A DNA stretch of 64,000 bases from Octopus sinensis (GCF_006345805.1 NC_043006.1:70804001-70868000); one strand, 5' to 3'. Counted from the first letter of the stretch, positions 11,541-25,897 are shown. The notes: a model not told the origin generated them from the sequence alone. A program made the numbers and translations.

Positions 11541-13435
11541 GGCAGTGAGCTGGCAGAGTTGTTAGCACACTGGACGAAATGCTTAGCAGTATTTCGCCCG
11601 TCACTATGTTCTGAGTTCAAATTCCACTGAAGTCGTCTTTGCCTTTCATCCTTTTGGGGTTGATAAATTAAGTACCAGTGAATTTCCCTCAAAGCTTTGG
11701 ATTATTATTATTATTATTATTATATCTTGATACAAAAATGTATGGTTTTGGTACCAATATTAGAGACCATTAAAGGCAGCAAGCTGGCAGAAATACTAGC
11801 ACGATGGGCAAAATGCTTAGCAGTATTTCATCTGTCTTTACGTTCTGAGTTCGAATTAAGTACCAGTTGCATACTGGGATCAATCTAATCGACTGGCTCC
11901 TCCCCAAAAATATCGGGCCATTGTTAATGGAATTGCTAAAACACCAGACAAAAAAAAAAAGCCTTGTGATGTTTAATTAGTTCAAATCCATTTGTGATCA
12001 CCTTTACTTTTCACTTTGATTAAATTTCAATAAAGTAACAGTCAAGTACTGCATTTTTCTTCTTTCCCTAATATGTGTTGTGGCTTTGTGGTCATGTTAG
12101 AGACCGCTATGTTTTGAGTTCAAATTCCGCCGAAGTCGACTTTGCCTTTCTTCCTTTTGGGGCCAATAAATTAAGTACCAGTTGCGTACTTGGGTCGATC
12201 TTATCAATTAGCCCCCTCCCACCAAATTTCAGGCCTTTTGCCTATAGTGGAAAGGATTATTATTATGTGTAAAAAGATTCAAGCGAGGTGTTGCCAGTAC
12301 CGCCCGACTAGCCCCGTGCTGGTGACATAAAAAGCACCCACTACACTCTCGGAGTGGTTGGCGTTAGGAAGGGCATCCAGCTGTAGAAACTCTGCCAGAT
12401 CAAGATTGGAGCCTGGTGCAGCCATCTGGTTCACCAGCCCGCAATCAAAATCGTCCAACCCATGCTAGTATGAAAAGCAGACGTTAAATGATGATGATGG
12501 CAATGATGATTATTAAGGTGTCGAGCTGGCAGAATCGTTAGCACACTGAGCAAAGTGCTTAACATTGTTTCGTCTGCTGCTACGTTCTGATTTCAAATTC
12601 TGCTGATGTTGACTTTGCGACTAGTTCCCTCCTTCAAAATTTCAGGCCTTGTGCCTATAGCAGAAAGGATTATTATTATTATTAAGGCAGCGTGCTGACT
12701 GAATCATTAGCATGCCAAGCAAAATGCCTGGCAGTATTTCGTCCAGCTGAGCAAATTTCTGGCCTTGTCCCAAATTTGAAACCATTATTATTTATTATTA
12801 TTATTATTATTATTATATTATTATTATTATGAAGGCAGCAAGCTGGCAGAATTGTTAGTATGTCTGACAAAATGCTTAGCGGCATTTCATCTAGCTCTTT
12901 ACATTCTGAGTTCAAATTCTGCCTGTCATTCCTTTTGGGGTGGGGCTCAATAAAATAAGAACCAGTTGATGTATTTGACTATAATAGAAAGAATTATTGC
13001 TATTATTATTATTAAGGCAGTGAGATGACAGGATCATTAGCACACCAGGCAGAATGCTTAGCGGAATTTCACCCATCACTACGTTCTGAGTTCAAATTCC
13101 TCCAGAGTCGACTTTGCCTTTCATCCTTACGGGGTCAATGAAATAAGTACCAGATATGCACTGGGGTCGATATAATTGACTTAGCCCCCTTCCCAAAATC
13201 TTTTCACGGCCTTGTGCCTAGAGTAGAAATAATTATTTCTATATCAAGGCAGTGAACTGGCAGAATCATTAGCACAACTGTCTTCATGTTCTGAGTTCAA
13301 ATTCTACCGAAGTCGACTTTGCCTTTCATCTTTTCAGGGTCAATAAATTAAATACCAATGAAACACTGGAGTTGATGCAATCGATTAGTCCCCTCCCCAC
13401 AAATTTCGGGCCTTGTGCCATTAGTAGAAAGGATG
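11541..13435 (+). mobile_element. Head-to-tail cluster of about 8 Meta-type tRNA-SINE copies
   Basis: Heads GGCAG(T/C)GAGCTGGCAGAA at about 11541, 11775, 12517, 12686, 12834, 13016, 13248 (plus a 5'-truncated copy near 12105); core GTCGACTTTGCCTTTCATCCTTT...AAGTACC; (ATT)n spacers. Confidence 0.85.
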
Positions 13436-14168
13436 ATGATGATGATGATGATTATTATTATTATCTGCCATATTAGTCAGCAGGGATTTTATCTTAAGAT
13501 TTGGTAACAAGTTTCCTCAAATCTCAAGAATCTTTCTTAAGATTCCTACAGAATACAAGATTTGGCAGTTCAAGTCTCAATCCCAATATCTTTTAGTCTC
13601 TTTAGGCAGTAGTTTGGGGTGTTGTGCCAGAGTTCCTTTCATTCTTCTGAGATTGAAAAATACCAGTCAAGTACTACAGGAGGTGGGAAGGGGGGCACTC
13701 AACTAAGCACACACACACCTCTACCCCCACCTCAAAATTGCTGTCCTTGTGCCTTAATTAGAAAATAATTGCTGTTGTTGTTATTATTATTGAGTTCTGG
13801 CAAACAGTACCAGCAGGCTGCATTATTTTTCCTATTAAATTGTATCCTTGTATGTTATTTGTTCATATGCTGCCAGGGTTAGTAAGTACCAGTTATATAT
13901 TGGGGCTGTCGATTTAATTTAATTATACCGTCACCACTACCACCAGAACTGTAAAACTGAGGCAACATCACTGCCTTTGCTTGTTGTTGTTATAGCCGAA
14001 GAATGTAAGATTCTTTGACTTCAAGGTTCCTGCTAGACAAAGTAAACTGCACAGACGCATACACATATGTAATTCTGTATATATTAACATACATGCCTAG
14101 ATAAACACACACATACACACACATATATACATATGCACATTAACATACCTGTACAGACATACTCATGC

Positions 14169-14432
14169 ACATACATACATACATACATACATACATACAT
14201 ACATACATACATCATACATCATACATCATACATACATACATACATACATACATACATACATTCATACATCATACATACATACATACATACATACATACAT
14301 CATACATCATACATCATACATACATACATACATACATACATACATACATACATACATACATACATACATACATACATACATACATACATACATACATACA
14401 TACATACATACATACATACATACATACATACA
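14169..14432. repeat. (TACA)n tetranucleotide array with TACATCA interruptions
   Basis: Direct reading. Confidence 0.95.
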
Positions 14433-15737
14433 TGTACACACCAACATATTGAACAAACATGTTTAGTTTTCCTTGTTGGTTGATACATTGTATCACCATC
14501 ATCTTCATTAACTGCAGCAGCATCATAACCACCGCTAACACCACCACCATCACCACCATCATCAGCTGTTTCATATCCACATGCAAACATATGTTGGTTT
14601 TTATAAGTGTTATTTCACAACAGCTACTACAACTACTACTACTATTACTACTACACTATCCTACAACTGTGGACACTACTGTACCACAGTATCTATGTAT
14701 ACCAGTGCAACTACCACCAATACTACAAATATTACTACTACTACTACCACCACTGCCATCAATACTATTATAGAACCAGCCAATACAGCTGTGGCTGAGC
14801 CAAAAGGGAGCTTCTACATGGTCTCTTTCTGCTTAGAAAGAGCTGCTAAATCTCCCTCAACATAACATCATAATGTCTTAAAGAAATGAAGAACATGTTG
14901 GATACTGACTATGGGGGAGTGAAAGTGGAGGGAAGTTCTTATTCCAAGAATATGTACACATGATTGCACACACACACACGCACTCACTTGTTAATTAGTA
15001 AAATTAAAAAATTAACAATAAGGAAGTTTATTATAACCACTATGTGTGTGTGTGTGTTTACCAAATAGAATTACTCTTCTGGAAATGTATTGTGTGATTT
15101 AGCATACACACACACACTCACACACACACACACACACACACACAAGGCAAATTGGCAGACTCGTTAGAGTGTCAGATTGCCTTGTGGGACTCATTCCAAC
15201 AGTCTACATTCTGATTTCCAATCCTGGTGTGGTCAATAAAATAAAGCACAATCTAAGGTCTATGGCAGCAGTGGATTGGTAAAACATTGAACAGGTTGCT
15301 TCGCCAGTATCTGTTCTGAATCTGTGTGTTTCAAGTTCAAATCCAATCTGCTATTATTGCCAGATAAGAAAAAAAAGAAAACAGCAACACTTCTACTGTT
15401 ATTAGTTGTGACAGACAGATTAGTACCAGCAATCAAGAAACCAATCAAAATATAGTTTTCTTTGGTTTTGTCAGAAGACCATATACCACCACCACCACCA
15501 CCACCATTGTATACATATCACCAGAAGATACATATGTATATATATGTCATTGCTATTATGGAAAAGTGTTGTAAGTCCAAAACACTGTTTTTTCAGAAAA
15601 TAGAAAAATAGTTTCACCATTCCATAGCAAAACTGTTGTACTACACTTTGACAATTTTTGATATCTTGGCATCTGAAGCAGCTGGAGATACGATAGTTTG
15701 ACCAAAAGAACTGGCTATAGCAAGCAAAAATAAATAT

Positions 15738-15972
15738 TTATTTATTTATTGCCCACAAGGGGCTAAACATAGTAGGGAACAAACAAGGGCAGACAAAAGG
15801 ATTAAGTCAATTACATCGACCCCAGTGCGTAACTGGTACTTATTTAATCAACCCCAAAAGGATGAAAGGCAAAGTCGACCTCGGCGGATTTTGAACTCAG
15901 AATGTAACAGCAGACGAAATACTGCCAAGCATTTTGCTTAGCATGGTAACGTTTCTGACAGCTCACCACCCT
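15738..15972 (-). mobile_element. Full-length Meta-type SINE with TSD
   Basis: Reverse-complement head and core; 15-bp direct repeat AGCAAAAATAAATAT at 15723-15737 and 15973-15987. Confidence 0.85.
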
Positions 15973-16068
15973 AGCAAAAATAAATATCGAAAAAACTGCA
16001 TTTGGCCAAATTTGGACATATGACAGTCTAACATTATAGCTACAAGATATATATACATATATAGATAT

Positions 16069-16458
16069 CTTTTACTTGTTTCAGTCATCAGACTGTGGCC
16101 ATGCTGGAGTACCATCTTGAAGAATGTTTAGTTGAATGAATTGACCCTGGTACTTTTATTTTTTTGAGCCTGGTATTTATTCTATCAGTCTCTTTTGCCA
16201 AACTGCTAAGTTAGGGGTACGTAAACACACCAACATTGGTTGTCAAACATTGGGCAGTGGAGTGGCAGACAAACACAGACTCAAAGACACACACACACAT
16301 GACAGGCTTCTTTCAGTGTTCATCTACTAAATCCCCTCATAAGGCTTTGGTCCACTCATAAGACTATAATAGAAGACTTTTGCCCAAGCTCCCACGTAAT
16401 GGGGCTGAACCCAGAATCATGTGGTTGGAAAGCAAGCTTCTTACTTCACAGCCACACC
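16069..16458 (-). mobile_element. CORE-type tRNA-SINE
   Basis: Tail TTTTACTTGTTTCAGTC...GGCCATGCTGGAG and head ...CCACACAGCC-like, same family as 42726-43142. Confidence 0.8.
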
Positions 16459-16462
16459 TACA

Positions 16463-16504
<42 letters not shown>

Positions 16505-16822
16505 AATGTGTAATAGTGTCTGTGTGTGTTTGGGGTTATTCTAACTTCTCCCACACCGCCCGACTGATTTTGATTATTTTTGGCACTTGGGTAGATCACA
16601 TGTCCTGAAGTTCAAATAAGGCCAAAATTTTTCTAAAACTCAATAATGCTCAGCTGGCATCGATTTTTTTTTTTTTAGCTCAGTCGGGCATTTGAATGGA
16701 AATTCCCATAACAATGTTATTTTTCAACAAAATCGAGAGAATAGTCTCTTAGGAAATGCTTAGTAAGAGATGGGCTTAACTTCAACATGGAAAACACGAG
16801 CAACACTGGGTCCAACAGCTAG
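16463..16822 (+). mobile_element. Non-autonomous Helitron-like element
   Basis: 5' CTATATATA...; microsatellite followed by CCGACTGATTTTGAT motif; 3' CACGAGCAACACTGGG...CTAG followed by T (16819-16823). Confidence 0.6.
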
Positions 16823-18833
16823 TATATATATACACACACCACACACACACACACACTGGATAATTAAGATAAACACAAATATAAATTAGTTCCTACATAG
16901 ATTTCTCCGTTGCAATTATTTAGAACTCCGCATTGGCTGTTCCAAGTGCATTTAGGTGCATGACTGCACTGGATCATCAAAGGAACAATTTATTTCATTC
17001 TGTCACAAATATCTAACATGTATGTACATGTGCCGGTAGCATGTAAAAAGCACTCTCGGGGTAGTTGGTGTTCGGAAGGGCATCCAGCTGTAGAAACCTT
17101 GTCAGATCAGATTGAACCCTGGTGCAGCAGCTGGCTTTCCAGACTGTCAGACTGTCAAACTATCCAACCCATGCCAGCATGGAAAACGGACATTAAACAA
17201 TGATGGTGATGATGAGGATATATATATACCCTCATCATCACAAATTTACACTAAGGTACAAGTGCCTGGATTTCATTTAATTCTTCAAGTAAATTTGATA
17301 TTTTAAATTTAGAGTGTGTTGACTGAATTTCAGGCCTTTTGCCTATAGTGGAAAGGATTATTATTATGTGTAAAAAGATTCATCCCTGGTTCAGAAAAAC
17401 CAGTAACTTGGATAGGTTTTGGAAACAAAGATTCTGGAACATTGATTGTGTGTGTGTGTGCGTTTGTATGCATATATCTGTCCACTAGATTCTTGGGATA
17501 AACTACCCATTGTTCAGACAGAATGCAGAATGTTGTATATTCAACGGTGTGTGTGTGTATATGCACACATGTACAATCTCACACACACACACATGCACAA
17601 AGTAACTCTCTTCAATATGCAACATTCTGTTTCAGCAATGGTTGGTTTCACCTTAAAAAATCTTGTGGATAAATCACCCTACCTATCTCCAAAAAGTGAA
17701 ACGTTGAATAACATAATCCTAGATACACTATGCCTTTGATCACACAAACTGCTGGGACTGGGCTGAGATGGTGCTAAGCAACAACAACAACAACAACTTT
17801 AGCACTACCCCTTCCATTTACCACCATCATTCCATAATCTCTCCCTACCTCACTATTTCTACTAGGGGAACCCCTACACACTTTTCTGTTGTCTTCTCGC
17901 CCTGGAACTAATTTTTCCTCTGTCTGGGGTGAGACATATGGATGAGAGGAGGAAAAACAGAGTAGAGAGATGGGGAGAAAGTGAAAGAGGTAGAGAGAAA
18001 GAGAGAGAGAAGATTAAAGAGGAAGGCCTGAGAGAGAGTTCTACAGCTGAAACCCAGACATACAATTCCACAGACTCTCTCCCCCTCTCCTTTCCTTCAC
18101 CATTCCATCTCTGAGATCTTCATCAACAGACATGATAGTTATGTCGGCTGTAAACTCCAAAGAATTACAATTTCTGTCCAATATACACACACGCAAACAC
18201 GCACACTCACACATATGTATGTATCGTTCTTTTATTATCAGACATTATGGTAAAGGATGTACACCACTACACAGCCTCGGTAGTAGCAGAAGCAGTACCC
18301 ACTGCTGCTAGTGTGCGGCCACCACACTGACTATTATTACTGCTGCTACTGGTATCAACCTTTCCTGTTTTTCCTGCTACTTTGACTCCAGTTCCTACTG
18401 CAACCATCGTCAACCAGGTGACTCCCACTTCAGCAAGTCCACTACAACTAGCTCCACTGTATCCTCCCACTGCTCTCTATTCAGCTTTTCTGCTAGCTTC
18501 TACATTACCACCACCGCCATAAACCACAATCGCTATTATCACAACCGCTCCAAACACGACTACCACCACTTTTACTACAACCACTACCAGCACCAGTGCC
18601 ACGCATTGGATTGTGTAGTTCTAGATAGACTGTGCCTGAAGAACATTTAAGATACTGTAGTCTTAGATTCATATGTTTAAAGGTACATTAGATAACATAG
18701 TCCTAGGTACACCGTGTCTGAATCAAAGACAAGAATGGTTATAGCTTTGATCACTGGTCTATTAACTTGGGGTTAAATACCAACTGCTACATCAAAACCC
18801 CTATCACTCCAATATTGTAAGAACACCACCAAG

Positions 18834-18837
<4 letters not shown>

Positions 18838-18870
<33 letters not shown>

Positions 18871-19036
18871 TCACTACTACAACCATCATTTTACTACCAT
18901 CATTTCTGCCATCAAGATTACCACCACTGCTACTACTACTGCTGGCTTCCATTAACAAAACCTTCCTTACCACCACCACCACTACTACTACTACTACAAC
19001 TACCTTCCATCAGCCTTCACAATTACTACTACTACA

Positions 19037-19076
<40 letters not shown>

Positions 19077-19226
19077 TCACTACTACAACCATCATTTTAC
19101 TACCATCATTTCTGCCATCAAGATTACCACCACTGCTACTACTACTGCTGGCTTCCATTAACAAAACCTTCCTTACCACCACCACCACTACTACTACTAC
19201 AACTACCTTCCATCAGCCTTCACAAT

Positions 19227-19261
<35 letters not shown>
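18838..19261 (+). repeat. Near-perfect tandem duplication, 206-bp period, bounded by (ACT)n
   Basis: TCACTACTACAACCATCATTTTACTACC at 18871 and 19077; units differ only in ACT repeat counts. Confidence 0.9.
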
Positions 19262-19263
<2 letters not shown>

Positions 19264-19644
19264 GCTGCTGCTTCCATCAGCAGCACCACCACCATTACAT
19301 CCTTACCCCCTGCTGTGTTCCATTCATAGTGAGTTCCATGCGATATCTGCTGCACCAGCTTGCTGCTCATTCATTGTGCATGGCTGCCACACTTGCACCT
19401 AACAGTTCAACACATAGGAATGTGCGTGTTGTGTGTGTATGTGTGTGACCTACTTTTGTACTCTAGGGTACAGAAAGAAAAGGGCTTACTTTCTCTTTTC
19501 TCTCCTCCATATTTTTATTCCTCTATCTGTCTATATCGATCGATCTCGCTATCTCTGTCTCCCCCGTAGCTCTCGATCTTTCTAGGTATCCCTAATTCTT
19601 TCTCTCTATCTCCTTCTATCTGTCTATCTCAATCTCTCTCTCTC

Positions 19645-19645
<1 letters not shown>

Positions 19646-19710
<65 letters not shown>
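19646..19710. repeat. (GATA)n microsatellite
   Basis: Direct reading. Confidence 0.95.
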
Positions 19711-19711
<1 letters not shown>

Positions 19712-20261
19712 GCAGGTATATAGATAGATGTGAGACAGACAGACAGACAGATGAGAGAGAGAGATAGCAAGCTATCTAATTATCTGACTTTCTTCTTTGA
19801 GAGAAATTTCTTCCCTTGTCTTAATAGGAATGAAATCCCCTTATCAAATCAGGTAGGAGGAGGAACAGGAAGTGTAGCTGGACTTTGGCACAATTAACAG
19901 GTAATCATGGAAGTGATGGTGGTGGTGGTGGTACTGCTGTTGCTCAACAGTATTGGTCTTCACTGAGATTCCTCAGGTACTATCTGGTTGGCTACCTTAA
20001 TATTTCTCTCATTTGCACTTTCCCTTTCTCACCCTCTATTAGTGCAGAATTACTTATCTGTACATGCACACAGACACATATGGTTGTGTGTGTATGTGTG
20101 CATGCATGCCCATCTTTGCCTTTGGGTACACAGGCACACACACACAACAGCTTAAATAGCTGAAAATGGAGAAAATTTTCCAATTGAACATACACATGCA
20201 TGCACACACCTGTATATGCATGTGTGTGTGTATGTATATATATATATATATATAATATATA

Positions 20262-20458
20262 CAGGGTGATGCAAAAGTAGATACACGGTTATGATAAAAG
20301 TATTATTTTAGATAGTCATGATAAATGTATTATTATGATTAATGACACTGAAAATATCAAAAATGAGGCTAATTTAATGTGCTAATAATTTTAATGAAAT
20401 AAGTATTGTAACATTGATGTGGTGCTTACTGTATACCTACTTTTGCACCACCCTCATG
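20262..20458. mobile_element. Tc1/mariner-type MITE
   Basis: TA-CAGGGTGATGCAAAAGTAG...CTACTTTTGCACCACCCT(CA)TG-TA: TIRs with TA TSD. Confidence 0.8.
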
Positions 20459-21637
20459 TAGATAGATAGATAGATAGATAGATAAAGAAAGAGATTTATC
20501 ACTGTTATTCTCATATACACACATATGATTCTCAGTGCAAATTTATAGATCCTTTTTCTTCCCCCCTACATCCTAGCCTACAACTGCACTGGTCTCCTAT
20601 TTCCATACAGCCCACCACCGCTCCCAGTACAACTACAGTGTCCACTGTACACACACACACACACACACACACATACTAAACGTACCACTACTACTACCAC
20701 TTCTACCTGTCTAGCAACCATCAATAGCATCACAGGAGCCAGGCATACTCTCTTTCTGTCTCCTTGTATCTTAGAGGCAGCAGTAGGGGTTTATCCCAAC
20801 AACCTCAGCATCGCTTGTGATTTTGTCCCCACCACCACCACCATCACCATGGCAGCCTCACTTATGGCTCTTCTTGTTAACTAGGAGACATCCTGTGTAA
20901 TACAGGAACCATGATTGTTAGAGAGAGAGAGAGAGAGAAACCCTTTGTCAGGGAATAAAGAAAATTGATTGTGGAAGGCAGAGTCAGTAGAGCAACAGTG
21001 CCTTGTGTAATGTAGTTGCATCGCTTTACAATCTGACTTCAAATTCCTTCAGGGTGGGGGTAGGGGTATCATCTCTGCTGTTCATTTCTTCTGGGTTGGG
21101 TAAGGGATATGGGTGGGGTTGGGGCACGGGGGTGGGTGGAGGGTTCAATAATACCTTCCAAGTCTTGTACTGAGATTAGTTTGTAGCCATTGGACCCATA
21201 TAGGATGACATCTCTACTTCCTGATTCTAATTCCAGACTTGGACTGAAATGTGTGAAGGGATGGCATGAAGGCCTCCACATCAATGGATACCTCACCCTC
21301 CTCCACTACCCTCTCTCTCTTTCTCTCTCTCTCTCAACATGTTACCAATATCAATTTCAGCAATAGCCATGTTGTTTAGCCCTAAGTCAGCCCTAATTAA
21401 GCATGCCTATGATTAAAGCATTCCATGCCTGACCAACCATCCTTTTGCAATGTACAAGGAACCCTTGACCTCATTACCCAATATGTCTTTCTTGTTTTTT
21501 TCTTAAACAGTAGGGTATGATTTGAGGGGGCTTGGCTGCTATTTCTAGTAGGCTGAATGACCATGTAGAAACCCCCCTCACAGTCTCAGGGATGTATATT
21601 TTAGCCGTAGCCATGTTGTGATCAAGTGTGATCACAT

Positions 21638-21668
<31 letters not shown>

Positions 21669-23787
21669 AAGTGACAGAGTCACTGTACAAAGAAGTCAGA
21701 GGCCTAGTCATGTGGTAAAGAAATTGTTTGCAGCTCCATGGTTCTGAGTTCTATCTCAGTCTATGCACCTTAGACAATTGTTTTTTACTATATTCATTAC
21801 AAGTGGAATTTGGTAAACTATGTAGAAACCTGTTGTATATGTGCATATTATATGTGTGTGTATTTTAGGTGAGTGTGTTTACAGTTAAAAAAAACCAATC
21901 CTGTTTATATGTGTCCTTTTAATCCTGGGACTTAGTGGTTTGTAAATAAGCCTAACTGAAATAAATTGTGGAGTTGATACAATCAAGTAAAAACCCTTAA
22001 AGGTGATGCTCCAGCATGGCCTCAGTACTATGATTGAAACCAGTAAAAACATAAAAGAATTTCTGCTGGGCTGTTGTTGAGTACGTGTGTGTGTGCATGT
22101 CTACGTGTGTGTGTATTTGTGTGTGAGCATATGTCTGTTGATAAATATTGTGTTCAAATATGGTGTTTGTTTGTGTGTGTGTGTGTGTGTTTGTTATTTT
22201 TGTGTGTATGTGTCAGTATATGTCTGATGATAAATATTAGTTTAAATATGGTGTGTGTGTGTGTACAAAAGTGTGTGTACACATGTGTGTCGTATGTGTG
22301 TGTGTTTGTCTATGCATCTGTGTGTATGTAAATGTCAACATATGTCTAATGATACATGTTACTGTGTTTAAGTGTGGTGTGTGTCTATATGTGTGTGTGT
22401 GTGTGTGTATACATGTGTGTGTGTATACATATGTGTGTGTGTGTGTCCATGTATTGTACTCTAAGAATGAGCTGCTGTTTAACAAAAAAAAATCAGTTCT
22501 CCGTGGAACCATCTTTCATCAGCCGATCCAATCGTCAGCACTTACCAGAATTCTTCAGCCGATGTCTAGCAGCATCTGTTAGAACATGTTGCCGCCACAT
22601 TCCACATTCTTCCATTAATGTAGCGCCATCACTTTACCATATTTTAACTTCCAGCAAACGCCTATCCCCAACACCAACATCCATTCGCACACACTGTCAA
22701 CGGAAGTTTATATATTGGAACATTCCTTATTCCATCAATATATCTAGTTACCATTCCTCATCCCATATTCCATTGATGGATCTAAATCACTGCATTACGG
22801 TGCCATATTTTTCCATTCTCTCAATGGATATTTCCTTCCTCTTATCTTGAAATATTCCATGCTCTGCATACATGTATAGCATCACATTAGCCATATTCCA
22901 TGTTCTTTAACTGTGTAAACTAACCATAATTCATTAATGGCTTTAGAATGTAAATTCCTCGTACCATTGATGGCACAACATTTAAATAGAATATCTAGGT
23001 TAAGCTGGTATACTGCCTATTCCATTGCTAAGACTACAGGATCTAACCAGGGATCCATTATCCTATACTCCATCAGTGGATCCAGCTTCAGTTAATAGCT
23101 CTTTCTTCTCACTACTTCTTGTGTGGTTGTGCATATACTCTTCTACTCTGAGTTTCCTACTTCCAGGCAAATAAATGACTGCACAAACATGAGGAACTCA
23201 GAGTAGTGGCTGAATGAATCAGTAGCATTTGATGAATAAATTCTTCTACATGCCTAGCTACAGTACTCTTTCTCCTATTTGTACACACACACACATTCAT
23301 ATATATATATATATATACACACCCCTTCACAGACATGTGAACACATACAAATACGGTTATTGTTTATCAACAGGTTTGTCCTAAATGGACCTATGATCAA
23401 AAGCATTCCAGCCATGACCATCAATATCCTTTTTTTTTTTTCAGGCCTTGTATAACGAGGTCTACATTATTTTATGGGACATTGTTCTGAAAATGGTAGT
23501 GATTTTAACAATGATTTGGCTGCTATTTCTAGCACCCTGAGAAACCATTTTGAGGTCCTTCCTTGGTTCATTTTATGTATGGTGTAGTGTTTCCTTCTCT
23601 CTCCCTTCTCTCACAGGGTCATGCACAGAAAGAAAATCAGCTGTTCAGTTTCACATTTAACCTGCAATACTGACTTGTATGGTCAATATCTTTTTTATCA
23701 TTTTGTTTGGGGAGTGAAGTGCTTTAACTGTTAGTCCTTTCTTCCAGCCAGTAAGCTCTCCTTAATTAACGACTATGCCATATATAC

Positions 23788-24238
23788 TGGTGGCATGTAA
23801 AAAGCACCATACGAACATGGTCAATGCCAGTGCCACCTGACTGGCTCCCCATCCTGGAGGCATGTAAGATGCACCATACGAACCTGGTCAATGCCTCTGC
23901 CACCTGACTGGTTCCCTATGCCAGTGGCAGGTAAAAAGCACCATACAAACATGGTCATTGCCAGTGCTGCCTGATTGGCTCTCATGCAGGTGGCATATAA
24001 AAAGCACCATTCAAGCGTGATCGATGCCAGTACCACCTGACAGGCCTTCATGCTGGTGGCACGTAAAAAGCACCCACTACACTCTCGGAGTGGTTGGCAT
24101 TAGGAAGAGTATCGAGCAGTAGAAACCTTACCAGATTAGATTGGAGCCTGGTGCAGCTTTCTGGGTTGCCACTCCTCAATCAAACCGTCCAACCCATTCC
24201 AACATGGAGAGTAGACATTAAATGATGATGATGATGAT
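23788..24238 (+). mobile_element. SINE-type element with four 66-67 bp tandem units and (GAT)n tail
   Basis: GCACC at 23804, 23871, 23938, 24004, 24070; same tail as 176-530. Confidence 0.85.
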
Positions 24239-24388
24239 ATACATAATCAAAGTATATAATGTCAGAGATTCATTTCAGCTGATCTTATCAATTGGTTTCA
24301 TACTGGGTATTAGATAACAGGGTGGTAACTAACACCATATGGTCTTCAGAGACAAGTATGGAAAAATTTGGAAATATAATATCTAAGG

Positions 24389-24707
24389 TAGTGTTTCTCA
24401 ATCTTTTTACCCTTGCATAGCCCTTAAAATAAATTACATGACTCAAGGAACCCCTGCACCAATCTCATATTTTTCCATCATAGTTCATGTGGTAAATATC
24501 ATATATATATATATATGGTTGTTATATTTTTTTGATAACATAATAGGTTAGATAGGATGATTACAATAACCAATAATAAAATGTGTATGTATAGTAGTAT
24601 TATGATCATGAAATTAGCATTAGCTTATCTTGTTCTTTCTCACGGAACCCCTAGGCACCTTTTGCGTAAACCCTAGGTTTCCGGGGAACCTCAGTTGAGA
24701 AACTCTG
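24389..24707. mobile_element. hAT (Charlie-like) MITE
   Basis: TIRs TAGTGTTTCTCAA / TTGAGAAACTCTG; perfect 8-bp TSD ATCTAAGG at 24381-24388 and 24708-24715. Confidence 0.9.
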
Positions 24708-25508
24708 ATCTAAGGTGATGCACAAGCACTAAGCTCTGACTGCACTGTACCTTATAGCAGAAACAGTTGTAAGCTAATGATGTTCATTGCATAATTTCCT
24801 ATTCCCTTGGCAATTATTTAATTTCATATTGTGCTCCGTACTCAACTAATGCTTTATTCTGAAGAGTATACACACTGAGTTCTAAAACCGGGTTATTAGT
24901 ATCATTATGTCTAAGCAAAATGTATATATATATGTATATACGCACACATGTACACAGGCACATATATGAGATCCATGATGTAGTTGTTGGTCAGCATGGG
25001 TCTTTGTAGATGGATGTCTGTGGAAGAGATGAGAAAGTCGGATTAGATCAAATATACAATGTTGAGTTTGTGGGGCGAGGCACTGTGGAGATGGTGTGGA
25101 TTCCTGGTAACAGTGATGAGCAGTGGCATAGCTAGGGTAAACCATGCCTGGGGCAAGCCACAAAAATGCGCCCTCACCCAATTGCAAAATCCACGATGTT
25201 ATATAGTACTTATTTGTTACAAGTAATTAAAGTTTTAAAGCAATATTTTAGAAATAAATACCTTACCAGGGTTCATTTCCCTGTCGGTTCAGTACAGCTG
25301 GTAATTCAAAATATATTATTTGAATGTTTACTTTAATAAATTTTATGAATGATGTTTAAGCTTATCGTATTATGGTGGTTATTGTAATAGTAGGTCTAGA
25401 ATGGTGTTTCTTAATCATTTTTTTTTTTTTTGCCTGTGGACCCCCTTTCTTCCTATTTTTCTCAGAGTGGGGAGACCACCCATAGCCATTCGATGTCTAG
25501 AAACTCTT

Positions 25509-25897
25509 GGTTTTGTGGTAAGAAGCTTGCTTCCCAACCACGTGGTTCTAGATTCAGTCCCACTGTGTAGCACCTTGGGCAAGTACTATAGACCTGGGCC
25601 AATCAAAGCATTGCGAATGGATTTGATAGATGGAAACTGAAAGAAACCTGATGTATGTGTGTGTGTATGTACATGTATGTATGTATGTATGTATGTGTGT
25701 GTGTGTGTGTGTCCACCAACACTTAACAACTGATGTTAGTGGGTTTACATCCCTGTAACTTAGCAGTTCAGCAAAAGTGACCAATAGAATAAGTACCTGG
25801 CTTTACAAAAATATTATAAGTAGTGGGGGCTCGATTTGTTTGACTAAAATTCTTCAAGGCAATGCCCCAGCATGGCCACAGTCTAATGACTGAAATA
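25509..25897 (+). mobile_element. CORE-type tRNA-SINE
   Basis: Head GTGGTAAGAAGCTTGC, CACCTTGGGCAAGT core, family tail. Confidence 0.8.

Noticed and set aside
17625-17739. Strong-looking acceptor TTCTGTTTCAG followed by an open frame
   Set aside because: No convincing donor and no recognisable product.
22516-22560. Three CUGANGA heptamers on the minus strand
   Set aside because: None is followed by a hairpin plus GAAA, so this is treated as coincidence.
23788-24070. CRISPR-like appearance of the 66-bp units (and of the 20-bp array at 10781)
   Set aside because: Whole units are homologous with no unique spacers, there are no cas genes, and the context is a eukaryotic SINE.
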